From positions 88,929 to 152,928 of the IMG/VR virus record IMGVR_UViG_3300005663_001084: DNA of 64,000 bases; one strand, 5' to 3'. Shown one piece after another: positions 44,624 through 53,131 of the stretch; position 1 is the stretch's first letter, and each line of letters starts with the position of its first letter. The position numbers were made by a program, and so were the translations under genes. The DNA is from a virus. The notes under the pieces are model-generated. The model was not told the origin of the DNA. It was given only the letters and a program-made list of their open reading frames with translations, and ran no database searches.

Positions 44624-47031
44624 CAGGGCCTGTACCTCGCCCGGCCTCGGCGAGCCGCCGGGTGGTCCGGATCGGGTTTGTCAGGGCGTACGCCCTGATT
44701 CGGCTTTGCAGCGCGAGACCAGCCGCCAAACAGGCCTGACTCGCCTTCCGTAGAAGCACCTGTGGCGCGACCAAGTGTCTGAGTCGCAGGCTCGTCCGCT
44801 GCGAGAGCGAGGAAGTGGTCCAGGGTTTCTTTCGCCCCGGCCACATGCTTATCGTTCAGGTCCACCGCGTGCTCGCGGCAGAGAGTCTTGAGCTTCTCCA
44901 GGTCGAACGTGGGCGCGGAGATCTCTTGCAGTTTCTCCGCCACCTGTTCGGCCGAGTTCGGATCGACCCACAGGTGCCGTTGGAGAAACTCGTCTTTGTA
45001 GGCGTGGGCAGGCGTCGTAGACGGACCGATCACCGGCACACCCAAGAGCAGCGCCTCAATCGAGGCGTACGAAAAGGTCTCTGAGTGGCTCAGATGGACC
45101 ATGGCGCTGCACGTCTGAAGCATCCGGCGCACGGCCTTGGAGTCGTGGAGGTTGAACGACGCGAACGCGCACATCAGATGCGTCAGAAAAGCGTCGATCT
45201 CTTTGTCCCGAAGAAGCCACTGCGAGATATTCGCGTGCAAGCCTGCGCGAGCAATTCCGGCAAGGGCCACCAAGAGATTCTTGCGAGGGTGCGTCGGTCC
45301 AAGAACCGCCACCATGAACTTCGGCGGCAGATACGGTTCCACACGGGGAGCGACCTGTTCCAGCGGCGGGCGAAGCGCTTCACCTCCGACCGTGCACGGC
45401 AGCCACCGAAACCGGTCGGCCGGATACTGCGTCAGCAAGTGCTGGTAGGTCGCGGCGTCGTCCTCATAGGAGGTAACCATACCACCTATCCGGTCGGCGC
45501 GGACCAGAGCCGTCAGGTCGATCCATTCTTGAATCTCTTTCGGCTCGAACGCCATCTGCGAGAGGTGCGAGCACCAGGAAACCACCGTACGCTTCGGGAA
45601 GCTCTTCGCGATCCTTTGGGCCATCGGCTGCTTGAGCGAGCCGCTGAACAAAAACAAGTCGTAGTCCGCCGTGTCTACGCGTTGAATCGAATGGATCGTG
45701 GTGTAACCGCAGCCGGTGACCTTGGCGAGGCTCCGGCACATGCTCTGTACACCCGGACCTCCGGCCGAGACCACGAGCACCCGGCGACGCGGCAGGACCT
45801 CCAGGATCTTTGGAACCACGTCTTCCATGCGATGTTGGTGCGCGTAGGGCGTCTCGGCATGGAACCCGTCCGTGAACGCATCCCAGTCATCCTGGACGTT
45901 TCCGCACAGGATATTGTCCAGGGCGTCTTCCCAGATCTTGATAGGCGCAGTCTGCGGGACGACCACGCCACCTGGACCCAGCATGCTGTTTTCCGGCGGG
46001 TCGTACAGCCCTTCCCGCCGACGCTCCTCGTGGTACTCCCGATCCGGAACCATCGCCCGGTCGAGCACGATGTTCGGCAGGTTGCCGTTGTCCGTGCAGA
46101 GCACCGGGCAACCGGACAGGCGAGCCTCGACAGCCACGCGGCTGAACGTCTCGGCCGTCAGCGTCCCGATGAACACGCACTTGGCCTTGGCGTAGACCCC
46201 GGCCATGTCGTCTGTCCACCTGAGAACCTCGACGTTCGGCCTGCGGACGCAGGCAGCGATCTCGTTCTTGTGGTGAGTCCGCTCGTACTCGGTACTCAGG
46301 ACAGCGAACTTCTCGTCCTGGAAGTGGTCAGCCAGAGCCAGGAACCGGCGCAGACCCTTGAGCGCCTGCACCGAGGTCATCAAGACGTACTCCCGCTCCA
46401 GGTAATGAGGCGCATCCTTGGCGATAGATCGCGGAGAGTGGCCCGGGAACGCGATCATGGGTTTGCGCCCCAGAGTCCGTTCCATGACGTTGGCCGTGAA
46501 GTAGCTGTTGGCGATCAGGATCTGGTGATTCGCCACGGCCTGGACGCCTTCCTCATTGGAGTCGGCTTCCGCAGGCACGCCGTAGCGTACGAGATCATTG
46601 AACTGACACCTGGATAGCTCGCCTCCGTGAAGCTGCTGGTCCTCCTTGTGGACGTGCAGGAAGTCCAGCCAGAACTGAACGTAGTGAACCGACGGAATGT
46701 GGAGGGCCTCGGCGACGTGGGCCGACTGAACGGCCGTGCCGGAGCCTCGCGACATCAGGATGTCCGGCCGGATCTTGACGGCGGCCTCGCGCAGGCCGCC
46801 CTCGGCAATCTTCATCGGCGTCACGCCGTCCGGCAGTTTGACCTTGCCGTCGTAGTGGCCACGATGGTAGACGCAGAAAACCTCGCAGCCGTGCTTGACG
46901 AAAGCCTGGGCGAAGTCCTCGCCACTAAGCTCGCCGCCTCCCAGACCGTGTCCGAACGACTTGGAAAACAGCATAACGACGGGCTTCTCCCGTCTTGGGG
47001 GCATAACGGGACTAACGAGGATACTGTCCAT
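44623..47031 (-). CDS. large tandem GT-B (GT4-like) glycosyltransferase
   Basis: PVVMLFSKSFGHGLGGGE; ETFSRVAVEARLSGCPVL; SETFSYASIEALLLGVPVIG (EX7E motifs). Confidence 0.6.
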   Translation of the reverse strand: MDSILVSPVMPPRREKPVVMLFSKSFGHGLGGGELSGEDFAQAFVKHGCEVFCVYHRGHYDGKVKLPDGVTPMKIAEGGLREAAVKIRPDILMSRGSGTAVQSAHVAEALHIPSVHYVQFWLDFLHVHKEDQQLHGGELSRCQFNDLVRYGVPAEADSNEEGVQAVANHQILIANSYFTANVMERTLGRKPMIAFPGHSPRSIAKDAPHYLEREYVLMTSVQALKGLRRFLALADHFQDEKFAVLSTEYERTHHKNEIAACVRRPNVEVLRWTDDMAGVYAKAKCVFIGTLTAETFSRVAVEARLSGCPVLCTDNGNLPNIVLDRAMVPDREYHEERRREGLYDPPENSMLGPGGVVVPQTAPIKIWEDALDNILCGNVQDDWDAFTDGFHAETPYAHQHRMEDVVPKILEVLPRRRVLVVSAGGPGVQSMCRSLAKVTGCGYTTIHSIQRVDTADYDLFLFSGSLKQPMAQRIAKSFPKRTVVSWCSHLSQMAFEPKEIQEWIDLTALVRADRIGGMVTSYEDDAATYQHLLTQYPADRFRWLPCTVGGEALRPPLEQVAPRVEPYLPPKFMVAVLGPTHPRKNLLVALAGIARAGLHANISQWLLRDKEIDAFLTHLMCAFASFNLHDSKAVRRMLQTCSAMVHLSHSETFSYASIEALLLGVPVIGPSTTPAHAYKDEFLQRHLWVDPNSAEQVAEKLQEISAPTFDLEKLKTLCREHAVDLNDKHVAGAKETLDHFLALAADEPATQTLGRATGASTEGESGLFGGWSRAAKPNQGVRPDKPDPDHPAARRGRARYRP

Positions 47032-47111
47032 TTTTCCTCTTTCGTAGGCTGTTTTGGCTAGTTAGTTTTCAACAACAGGTGTCGTTTGGGTGCGCCCCGG
47101 CTCTTGAGCGT

Positions 47112-47816
47112 TCACCCACCCAGCAACTTATTCAGGTCTTCCGACTCTCCGTCCTTCTCCAGATCCGCCATGATCTTGTCCACGGGCACGCCCATGGATC
47201 GCGCAGTCGCGATGAGTCCCGGCAGATCTTTGGCATCGAGACCGAGGGCTCTAATCTTATTTTCGAGTAGAGGAGCGTATTCCGATAGGCCTTTTTGGGA
47301 AGAATGTGAAATTTTTTCTTCGGCCTTCACCATATCCGGCTGATCGCGACGCGACGCAAGCCGGTTTTCAACACCTTTGATGATGTTTTGAACAAGGTCA
47401 TTCACCATGCCGAGGGGCAGACGGCCGCTATGCGGCTGGATCAGCCGAGCCACGTCATCGCGGACATCTCGGCAGATCTGGCGGATCTGGACTGGGTCCA
47501 GGCGGAGGCTCGACATCGCCCCCATGGACCGGAGCAGCTTCTCCACCTCGCGGATGATGTACATGAGGTAATTATCGCGACTCAGGCGGCCCTGGACCAC
47601 GTGCTGCGTAACCCGGGTAATGTCGCCCTGGAACCGGCGCACCCGCGTACGGATGATGTGTCCCTGGGGATCGGTGAGTACACCGGGAGCCTGCTTCTGC
47701 TCAGCCTTGTCCTCTTCGTTGCGAGGCTTCCTGAGCAGCTTCTTGGCTTGGTAGTTGTGGAACCACTGCTTGGCCTTGGAAGCCTCCTGGCCCCAGACCG
47801 TCTTGCCTTGCGACAT
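47112..47816 (-). CDS. hypothetical protein (possible scaffold/assembly protein; purely positional)
   Basis: 234 aa ORF immediately after the portal candidate. Confidence 0.3.
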   Translation of the reverse strand: MSQGKTVWGQEASKAKQWFHNYQAKKLLRKPRNEEDKAEQKQAPGVLTDPQGHIIRTRVRRFQGDITRVTQHVVQGRLSRDNYLMYIIREVEKLLRSMGAMSSLRLDPVQIRQICRDVRDDVARLIQPHSGRLPLGMVNDLVQNIIKGVENRLASRRDQPDMVKAEEKISHSSQKGLSEYAPLLENKIRALGLDAKDLPGLIATARSMGVPVDKIMADLEKDGESEDLNKLLGG

Positions 47817-47819
47817 AAA

Positions 47820-49520
47820 TCACCCAGCTTTCTTGCGCTCTTCCTGGCCTTCTTCGTTTTGACCGCCAGACTTCTCGTTCATTTTCTCAACCTCTTCCTG
47901 CTTCTGTTCCTTGGTCCGCTTGTCGTTCTTGATCTGCTCCCGGATGTCCAGGGGCAGATGGATGACTTTCGACCCGACCTGCCAGGGCTTCTGACGCTCA
48001 CGGGCCTGATCCTCGTCCAGGGCCTTCTTGACCGCGTCGCTCTGCATCGCCTTCTCAGCGACCTCTTCCGATGGAACGCCCTGCTTCTCCAGTTCCTGCA
48101 TCGCGCGCAGCACCACATCGGTGAAGCTGCGACTGAACACGCCGAGTTCGGTCAGGATGACCTGCATCCAGGTGGCCGGGTCGATGTTGATCGTGGTGCC
48201 GATACGGGCCATGTTGTCGAGCGCCCGGATGCGCGCGTCCATGACTTCGAGGCGGTAAAGCTCTTCCAGGCTGCTGGGCGGCACCATGTTGAGCGTAAAC
48301 TGGTTCTCTTCCGTGTACGGGTCCACGCCTTTGTAGATCATGTGGATCATGCACAACTGGGCGGCCTCGCTCAGGAACACGCGCTGCGAGGTGGCGGCCT
48401 GCCGAGCGAACCGCAAGTCCTGCTGGCTCGGGCTGCGCTCGTAGTTGGCGTTGCCGCCGTCGAAACCGAAGTAGGCCGGGGGCGCACGGAGCGCGCCGAA
48501 CATGCGATTGAGGAACATCTCGAAGTCGCGCAGGTCGTCCAGGCCCTGAACGCCGCTGAGGACCTCGATATTTGTGTTGTCCTTTTCCCGGACCCCGATG
48601 AACAGGTCCTCGTGCTCGCTCAGGAGCGTGTAGACCGAGGCGAAGTCGCGCGTGGACGTGTCAAACCGGAAGTCCCGCTTGATGCTCTGGCGATGCTTCT
48701 CGATCTTGCGGTCCGCGTCGATGGCCGGGAGGCCGGACGTATCGACCTTGTGCAAGTAGCGATTGGGCAGGCGGAGCAACCGCATCAGCGCCAGCTTGTC
48801 CTCCATCATCTGGACCTGTCGCCAGATCCGCCGCGCGCCGTAGAGCACCGAGGTGCCGTACATGCGGCTGTGGTTGCGGCCGAGGCGGCGGAAGTGCAGG
48901 AAGTCCCACGGCTTCGTCAGAAGCTGCTCGTCCTTGACCTTGTAGGCCTGACCACCCCAATACATCGAGTCCTCGGTCTGGTAGGGTGTGAAGCCCTTCA
49001 GGCGTCCGTACTCGTCGTGGACGCGGGTGACCGTGGCCGGGTGGTACGGGATCAGGCGTGTGACGCCTTCCTTCTGCTCGCCAACGATGAACTCCCACCA
49101 TTCGCCGTACTTGTCGGTCTGGCGGATGATCGGCTGAGGGAGGTTGTTGGCGAGGCCCGTCTCCCGGAGCATGTCGTTACACATGCGCTCGACTTCGGGG
49201 TTCTGAGCTTCGCACCAGACGACAACGCCGTGCCGCGTGTCCCGCTGCGTGGCGTCTTCGGAAAGCTGTTCGAGGTAGCTGTAGATGGTCGGGTCAAGCT
49301 CCATCTCGTCGTACAGCGTGTAGAGCAGGCCGCGCTCCTCCTCGAACTGGAGAAGCTGGTTGTACATCTGGGCGATGGGGTTGGGCAGGCGGCCCATCGG
49401 GACTTCGACGCCCATAGCTCCCGGGAACGGAAGCGTGAGCGGATCGCGGGACAGGAACTTGTCGAAACCAAACATCCGCAGGATGTAGGTCTGCGGGTCC
49501 CAGATCATTTTCCTAGCCAC
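47820..49520 (-). CDS. portal protein candidate
   Basis: 566 aa, directly downstream of and overlapping TerL; charged EK-rich C-terminus. Positional/size argument only. Confidence 0.45.
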   Translation of the reverse strand: MARKMIWDPQTYILRMFGFDKFLSRDPLTLPFPGAMGVEVPMGRLPNPIAQMYNQLLQFEEERGLLYTLYDEMELDPTIYSYLEQLSEDATQRDTRHGVVVWCEAQNPEVERMCNDMLRETGLANNLPQPIIRQTDKYGEWWEFIVGEQKEGVTRLIPYHPATVTRVHDEYGRLKGFTPYQTEDSMYWGGQAYKVKDEQLLTKPWDFLHFRRLGRNHSRMYGTSVLYGARRIWRQVQMMEDKLALMRLLRLPNRYLHKVDTSGLPAIDADRKIEKHRQSIKRDFRFDTSTRDFASVYTLLSEHEDLFIGVREKDNTNIEVLSGVQGLDDLRDFEMFLNRMFGALRAPPAYFGFDGGNANYERSPSQQDLRFARQAATSQRVFLSEAAQLCMIHMIYKGVDPYTEENQFTLNMVPPSSLEELYRLEVMDARIRALDNMARIGTTINIDPATWMQVILTELGVFSRSFTDVVLRAMQELEKQGVPSEEVAEKAMQSDAVKKALDEDQARERQKPWQVGSKVIHLPLDIREQIKNDKRTKEQKQEEVEKMNEKSGGQNEEGQEERKKAG

Positions 49521-51507
49521 GGGCTGCGTTCCTTTCTGTCATCATGTTTCGGACGTGCTGTAGAATCACGTCCTCGTGGGCCATCTCTTGGATCTCAGTC
49601 GAGACCATGAGCGTGCCCAGGTTCTCGTCTTTCACGCATAGGTATACCGCACCGCATAGGGAGTCTGCAACATCTTTGCTGCCGCCCTCCGGGTGATCGA
49701 CCTTGCCCGCATCGATATCGTCTTCCAGGGACAGCAGTTCGTCGACCAGGACCTCGTTCGGGGCGTGCGAGAGGCGCATCTCGTTGTAGACCGTCTTGAG
49801 GACTTCGTAGGGCTCCTTCTTTTTATCGACGCTCAGGTACTGGGTTCCCGTGAAGCCCGCCTTCTGAAGCTGCTGGATCGTGTCCGGACTGGCTGGGGAG
49901 TCCACGCCGATCTTCTCAAGCTGGAACCCGTGCCCCGCCAGCCAGTAGACGAACTCGCGGACCTTTCCCCAGTCAATCTCGGTCAGTTCCTGCTTGATCT
50001 GGATCGAGAAGTCAGACGCGATAATCAGTTCGGTCCGGCGAATGATGTCGCCGTTCTTGTCGCGGTCCGGCCTCGACACGGCCCGGGTCGGGTGGACCAT
50101 GGAGATCCCGAGCGCGTCTTCCGTACGCCCCAGGTCGATGTGCAGGTATCGCGGAGCGTGCGGGAAGTTCCGGGGCACCGTCCGGCTGTTCCGGGTCGTA
50201 AACATCCTATCCAGGTCGATGAAGTCCTGGATCTGGTCGGCAGTCTCCAGGTCGATGCGAATGGGCTTACCTACGACCGCGCCCATCCCCTCGATGAACG
50301 GATGACTGAACTCCGGCAATTTGTTGAGCGCCTTATCAACCACGGCCGAGCGGGGGAAGAACGGCATGATCTTGTCAGTCGCGATGCCCGCAATGTCCCG
50401 GGACGCACCCAGGGGATCTTCCTCGAACGCGCGGTGGTGCTCAACCGGGATTTCGATGGTCCTGCCGCCAAGGGGGGACTTCTCGTCGTCAGTGAGAATC
50501 TTCGGGTCCTTGAACTTGTTGCCCACGAAGAAGCGGAACTTAGCGCCTGTGTAGCGATCATCCGGCTGGAACTCCCAGCGCGCACCGTCGACGATGTGGA
50601 CGCCGGGCTTGCCCGCGATCTCTTTCTTGCGAAGTTCCAGGTAGCTGGTGGACGACTTGGCCGACGACAGGTGGAGCAGGATACCCGGGTTCTCCCCCCG
50701 GTGTGCGAAGCGCGACTCCAACCGACGTGCGGTTGCGTTCACCATCTCGTGGACCTGCCCCTTGTCGCTCATCTTCTTCGCGCGGGCCTGCTTCTTGGTG
50801 ATCCGCATGAAGTTCATTTCGTCGATGGCGATGCCGAACAGGTGGTGGCCCATGACGTGGAAAGCCTGCGAGCCCACCATGACGTGGATGTTCTTCGGGA
50901 ACTTGAATCCGTCTTTGCCCTCCGCCTCGAAGGGGAAGACCTCCTTGAAGTACGGACTCTTCTCCAGCAGGCCGCGCATGGACTCCACGCCAACGTCGGT
51001 CAGTTTCAGCGTGGCGTTGTACAGACCGAACGTAATGCGGCTCTCGTCGAACTGGCCATGGAACTCGGCCGGGCGGCGCAGGCAGCTAAGCCGGTAGATC
51101 TTGTATAGCATGATGATCATCGCGGCCGTGGTCTTGCCGACGCCGATGGCACCGCTGAACACGACCTCGTAGATCTTGTTGGCCGGAGTGCAGATGTAGG
51201 CGATCTCTTTCCGCCACCGAGGCCAAATGCTCCCGTAGAAGTTCCCCAGATACAGGTCGTTCTGCATGAACTCCTGAATCTCTACAGGGTCGCGCTCGTA
51301 ATCGACCTGGGTGAGGTAATCCAGGGCGACCGACTTTCCGCCGTTGATGATCTCGGTGAACGCGCGAAGAAGGTAGGCCTTCTGAACCTCGTCCATGCGA
51401 TCAAACATGGCAGCGAGCTTCGGATTCTCCAGTTCGAGGAGGTTGCGGATCTCGTCGTCCGTAAACTCGACTGGAGGTGCTTCGGGCTGTAGGACTGTCT
51501 CGCCCAT
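49513..51507 (-). CDS. terminase large subunit
   Basis: Walker A VFSGAIGVGKTTAAMI; C-terminal nuclease-like IDLGRTEDALG; start set at MGETV (SD GGAGAGG, TAATG coupling). Confidence 0.7.
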   Translation of the reverse strand: MGETVLQPEAPPVEFTDDEIRNLLELENPKLAAMFDRMDEVQKAYLLRAFTEIINGGKSVALDYLTQVDYERDPVEIQEFMQNDLYLGNFYGSIWPRWRKEIAYICTPANKIYEVVFSGAIGVGKTTAAMIIMLYKIYRLSCLRRPAEFHGQFDESRITFGLYNATLKLTDVGVESMRGLLEKSPYFKEVFPFEAEGKDGFKFPKNIHVMVGSQAFHVMGHHLFGIAIDEMNFMRITKKQARAKKMSDKGQVHEMVNATARRLESRFAHRGENPGILLHLSSAKSSTSYLELRKKEIAGKPGVHIVDGARWEFQPDDRYTGAKFRFFVGNKFKDPKILTDDEKSPLGGRTIEIPVEHHRAFEEDPLGASRDIAGIATDKIMPFFPRSAVVDKALNKLPEFSHPFIEGMGAVVGKPIRIDLETADQIQDFIDLDRMFTTRNSRTVPRNFPHAPRYLHIDLGRTEDALGISMVHPTRAVSRPDRDKNGDIIRRTELIIASDFSIQIKQELTEIDWGKVREFVYWLAGHGFQLEKIGVDSPASPDTIQQLQKAGFTGTQYLSVDKKKEPYEVLKTVYNEMRLSHAPNEVLVDELLSLEDDIDAGKVDHPEGGSKDVADSLCGAVYLCVKDENLGTLMVSTEIQEMAHEDVILQHVRNMMTERNAARG

Positions 51508-52280
51508 TACCTCTCCCTCTTGAGTTGCCTCCGCCGGATGACCGTCTTCAGGTGCCGGGGCACCTTCCACTCCAGCAGGCCATCGGAGATACTGTCGATC
51601 TCGGACATGGAGACCTCAGGGAAGCGGGCCTTGAGCCACCGCCGCGTAGCGCCCAGGGCGGCGAACGCCCAGACGAGGTCTGACTTCTTGCGGCCGGTGG
51701 GGCTGCCGATGATATCGAGCAGGGTAGCGGGCGTGTGGCCCTTGCAGTCGAACTCGTTACGCACGCTGTCGTGAATGATGTTTGCAATGAGTCCGTTTCG
51801 GGTACGCCACTTCTGGACACGCTGGTGGTGGCAGCCCATGACGCAAGCGATAGCGCAGTCGCTCCAACCTTCCTCCCACATCTTACGGAAGAGTTTCTCA
51901 TCAGTCCCAAAACGGCGCTGCTTGCCCGTGGGGATGTTCAGCTTCTTGAGCCAGCGCTGGATCGTACACAGAGACACGCCGATGCGCACGGCAAGCTGCT
52001 CATCCGTGAGATCGGCACCTTCTTGGATGACGAGATCGCGGATCTGCTGCGCGATGGAAATGAACAGGACCTGACTGGCCTGAGCGTGGTTGCGCGAGAC
52101 GTTGAGCCGCGCCCTCATGTACCAGACGGTCGAATGAGGGACGTCGAGCCTTCTGGAAAGTTCCCGCTTGCTCGCGTGCGGGTGCCTCTCAAGTACATCC
52201 AGAAGACGCTGCTCAAGCTCTTTTCTCTCCTCCGGCGTCCGGTGGCGATTCTGCAATCTGCTGGTGGCTGTTGCCTCCAT
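51507..52280 (-). CDS. HTH DNA-binding protein, putative terminase small subunit
   Basis: Several HTH-like segments (LSRRLDVPHSTVWYM; VRIGVSLCTIQRWLKKL); directly upstream of TerL. Confidence 0.4.
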   Translation of the reverse strand: MEATATSRLQNRHRTPEERKELEQRLLDVLERHPHASKRELSRRLDVPHSTVWYMRARLNVSRNHAQASQVLFISIAQQIRDLVIQEGADLTDEQLAVRIGVSLCTIQRWLKKLNIPTGKQRRFGTDEKLFRKMWEEGWSDCAIACVMGCHHQRVQKWRTRNGLIANIIHDSVRNEFDCKGHTPATLLDIIGSPTGRKKSDLVWAFAALGATRRWLKARFPEVSMSEIDSISDGLLEWKVPRHLKTVIRRRQLKRER

Positions 52281-52992
52281 TGTTCTGCTCCTGCCCGACG
52301 ACAGCGAAGTCTGCGTCGATAATACCCCCATCCGCAAGTCTGCGTTCGTTCGCCAGATTCATAAGTGCACGTAGAATTTCGCCGACCTGCTCCCGCCCAC
52401 GAGATGTCTCGGGAAGTTTCGGCGCGTTTGGATCTCCGGAAAACACGTTGATGACATTCTTTTCAAACAGCGCGTTGACGCCCTGCCGTTTGTCGATGGA
52501 CAAACTCTTCACGAGGCTGATCGTCGAATCGATTCGCTCATCGACGTACTTGGCTATGCGAAGAAGGTCCGCGTCCGAGGAACCTGCCAAGCGGCGGGGA
52601 TCGAGCATGACCTTCCGGATCGAGAGCAGCTTGCTGTTCAGCGTACCGAGTTGGCCGACCTGGGCCGTCGCCATCAGGTTGAGCACGAGACGCAACTTCG
52701 CATCCTGGTTCTGGACCAGTTCGCCCGCACTGATCTTGCCGTCTTCCGATAGCTCGTCATCCCGGGCAAGGTACCCTGTTATTTCGCCCACCATCCTTTC
52801 GACATAGTCTGTCGAATTGGACCGCAGAGTTTTCAACGAGTAGTCCCCATACTCCGCCTCGAACTCTTCCTTGGTCATGCCGTTATGCTTGTTGCGCAAA
52901 TGGCTGGAGTTCATCTGCTTCAGGCGCTCTTTGCAGATGGGGCAGACGACTGGATATTCGTCAGGGTCTTTGGACTCTTGCGGATTGATCAC
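52213..52992 (-). CDS. MucR/Ros-type C2H2 zinc-finger protein
   Basis: VVCPICKERLKQMNSSHLRNKHNGMTKEEFEAEYGD can be aligned to the Ros/MucR finger (C..C...HL..H..T.EE[YF]). Confidence 0.5.
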   Translation of the reverse strand: MINPQESKDPDEYPVVCPICKERLKQMNSSHLRNKHNGMTKEEFEAEYGDYSLKTLRSNSTDYVERMVGEITGYLARDDELSEDGKISAGELVQNQDAKLRLVLNLMATAQVGQLGTLNSKLLSIRKVMLDPRRLAGSSDADLLRIAKYVDERIDSTISLVKSLSIDKRQGVNALFEKNVINVFSGDPNAPKLPETSRGREQVGEILRALMNLANERRLADGGIIDADFAVVGQEQNNGGNSHQQIAESPPDAGGEKRA

Positions 52993-53131
52993 GGAACACC
53001 TTACCTGTAGTGTATTTGGGACGTGGTCTAACTAAATATAGGGGCAGCCTGGAGTCGACCGCAAGGGAATTTTATCCCGGCGTACAGGCGCAGATGGGGA
53101 ATATCGGGGTTAAGTGCTGGCCAGTAAAGGA

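Noticed and set aside
47388-49610. 740-aa plus-strand ORF
   Set aside because: Antisense to the portal/terminase region; Leu/Arg/Ala/Val-rich with no motifs. The minus-strand genes here have SD sites and coupling.
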